From Octopus sinensis (taxonomy: Eukaryota): 64,000 nucleotides of DNA. Where the stretch lies: positions 6,262,001 through 6,326,000 of the forward strand of contig NC_043024.1 of the NCBI RefSeq assembly GCF_006345805.1, given 5' to 3'. This document shows, piece by piece, positions 63,949-64,000 of the stretch. Each line of letters opens with the position of its first letter. The first letter of the stretch is position 1. The notes under the pieces were generated by a model. The model saw nothing but the letters and a program-made list of their open reading frames with translations, did no database searches and was not told the DNA's origin. Position numbers and translations under genes: made by a program.

Positions 63949-64000
63949 GAGAAATTAAGGCCAACAGACCAGATATAGTTGTCAGAGATCATGAAGAAAA
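63948..64000 (+). pseudogene. Start of a 5'-truncated R4/Dong fragment directly after (TAA)n
   Basis: REIKANRPDIVVRDHEE, nearly identical to the end of the 18727-18921 fragment. Confidence 0.8.

Overview
AT-rich, microsatellite-saturated eukaryotic DNA with no confidently identifiable host protein-coding gene. The SINE set and (TA)n/(TAA)n/(CA)n density resemble an octopus (coleoid cephalopod) genome; this is recognition from memory, not a search result. Almost every ORF in the supplied track is a microsatellite translation or a transposon remnant. Recognisable elements: more than 25 copies of one tRNA-derived SINE plus three other SINE families, and fragments of CR1, RTE and R4/Dong (restriction-like endonuclease) LINEs. 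There are also mariner and Chapaev3-like transposase fossils, two non-autonomous Helitrons, several TIR MITEs and a 100-N scaffold gap. Main discovery: three tandem arrays of a related 540-600 bp unit (1-1747, 43857-45400, 49060-51720). Their units carry a type I hammerhead ribozyme motif, intact in arrays 1 and 2, variant in array 3 and damaged in a few copies (stem I, CUGANGA, stem II, GAAA, palindromic stem III CGUACG, GUH cleavage site). Every visible array end abuts (TA)n, and two arrays flip orientation head-to-head. This fits a retrozyme/Penelope-related, self-cleaving, possibly circular-RNA retroelement family. A second oddity is a CRISPR-looking 13-unit array of a 55-bp SINE fragment separated by (TA)n spacers (54950-56130). 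Copy-to-copy single-base indels suggest imperfectly polished long-read sequence, so array structure needs read-level confirmation.
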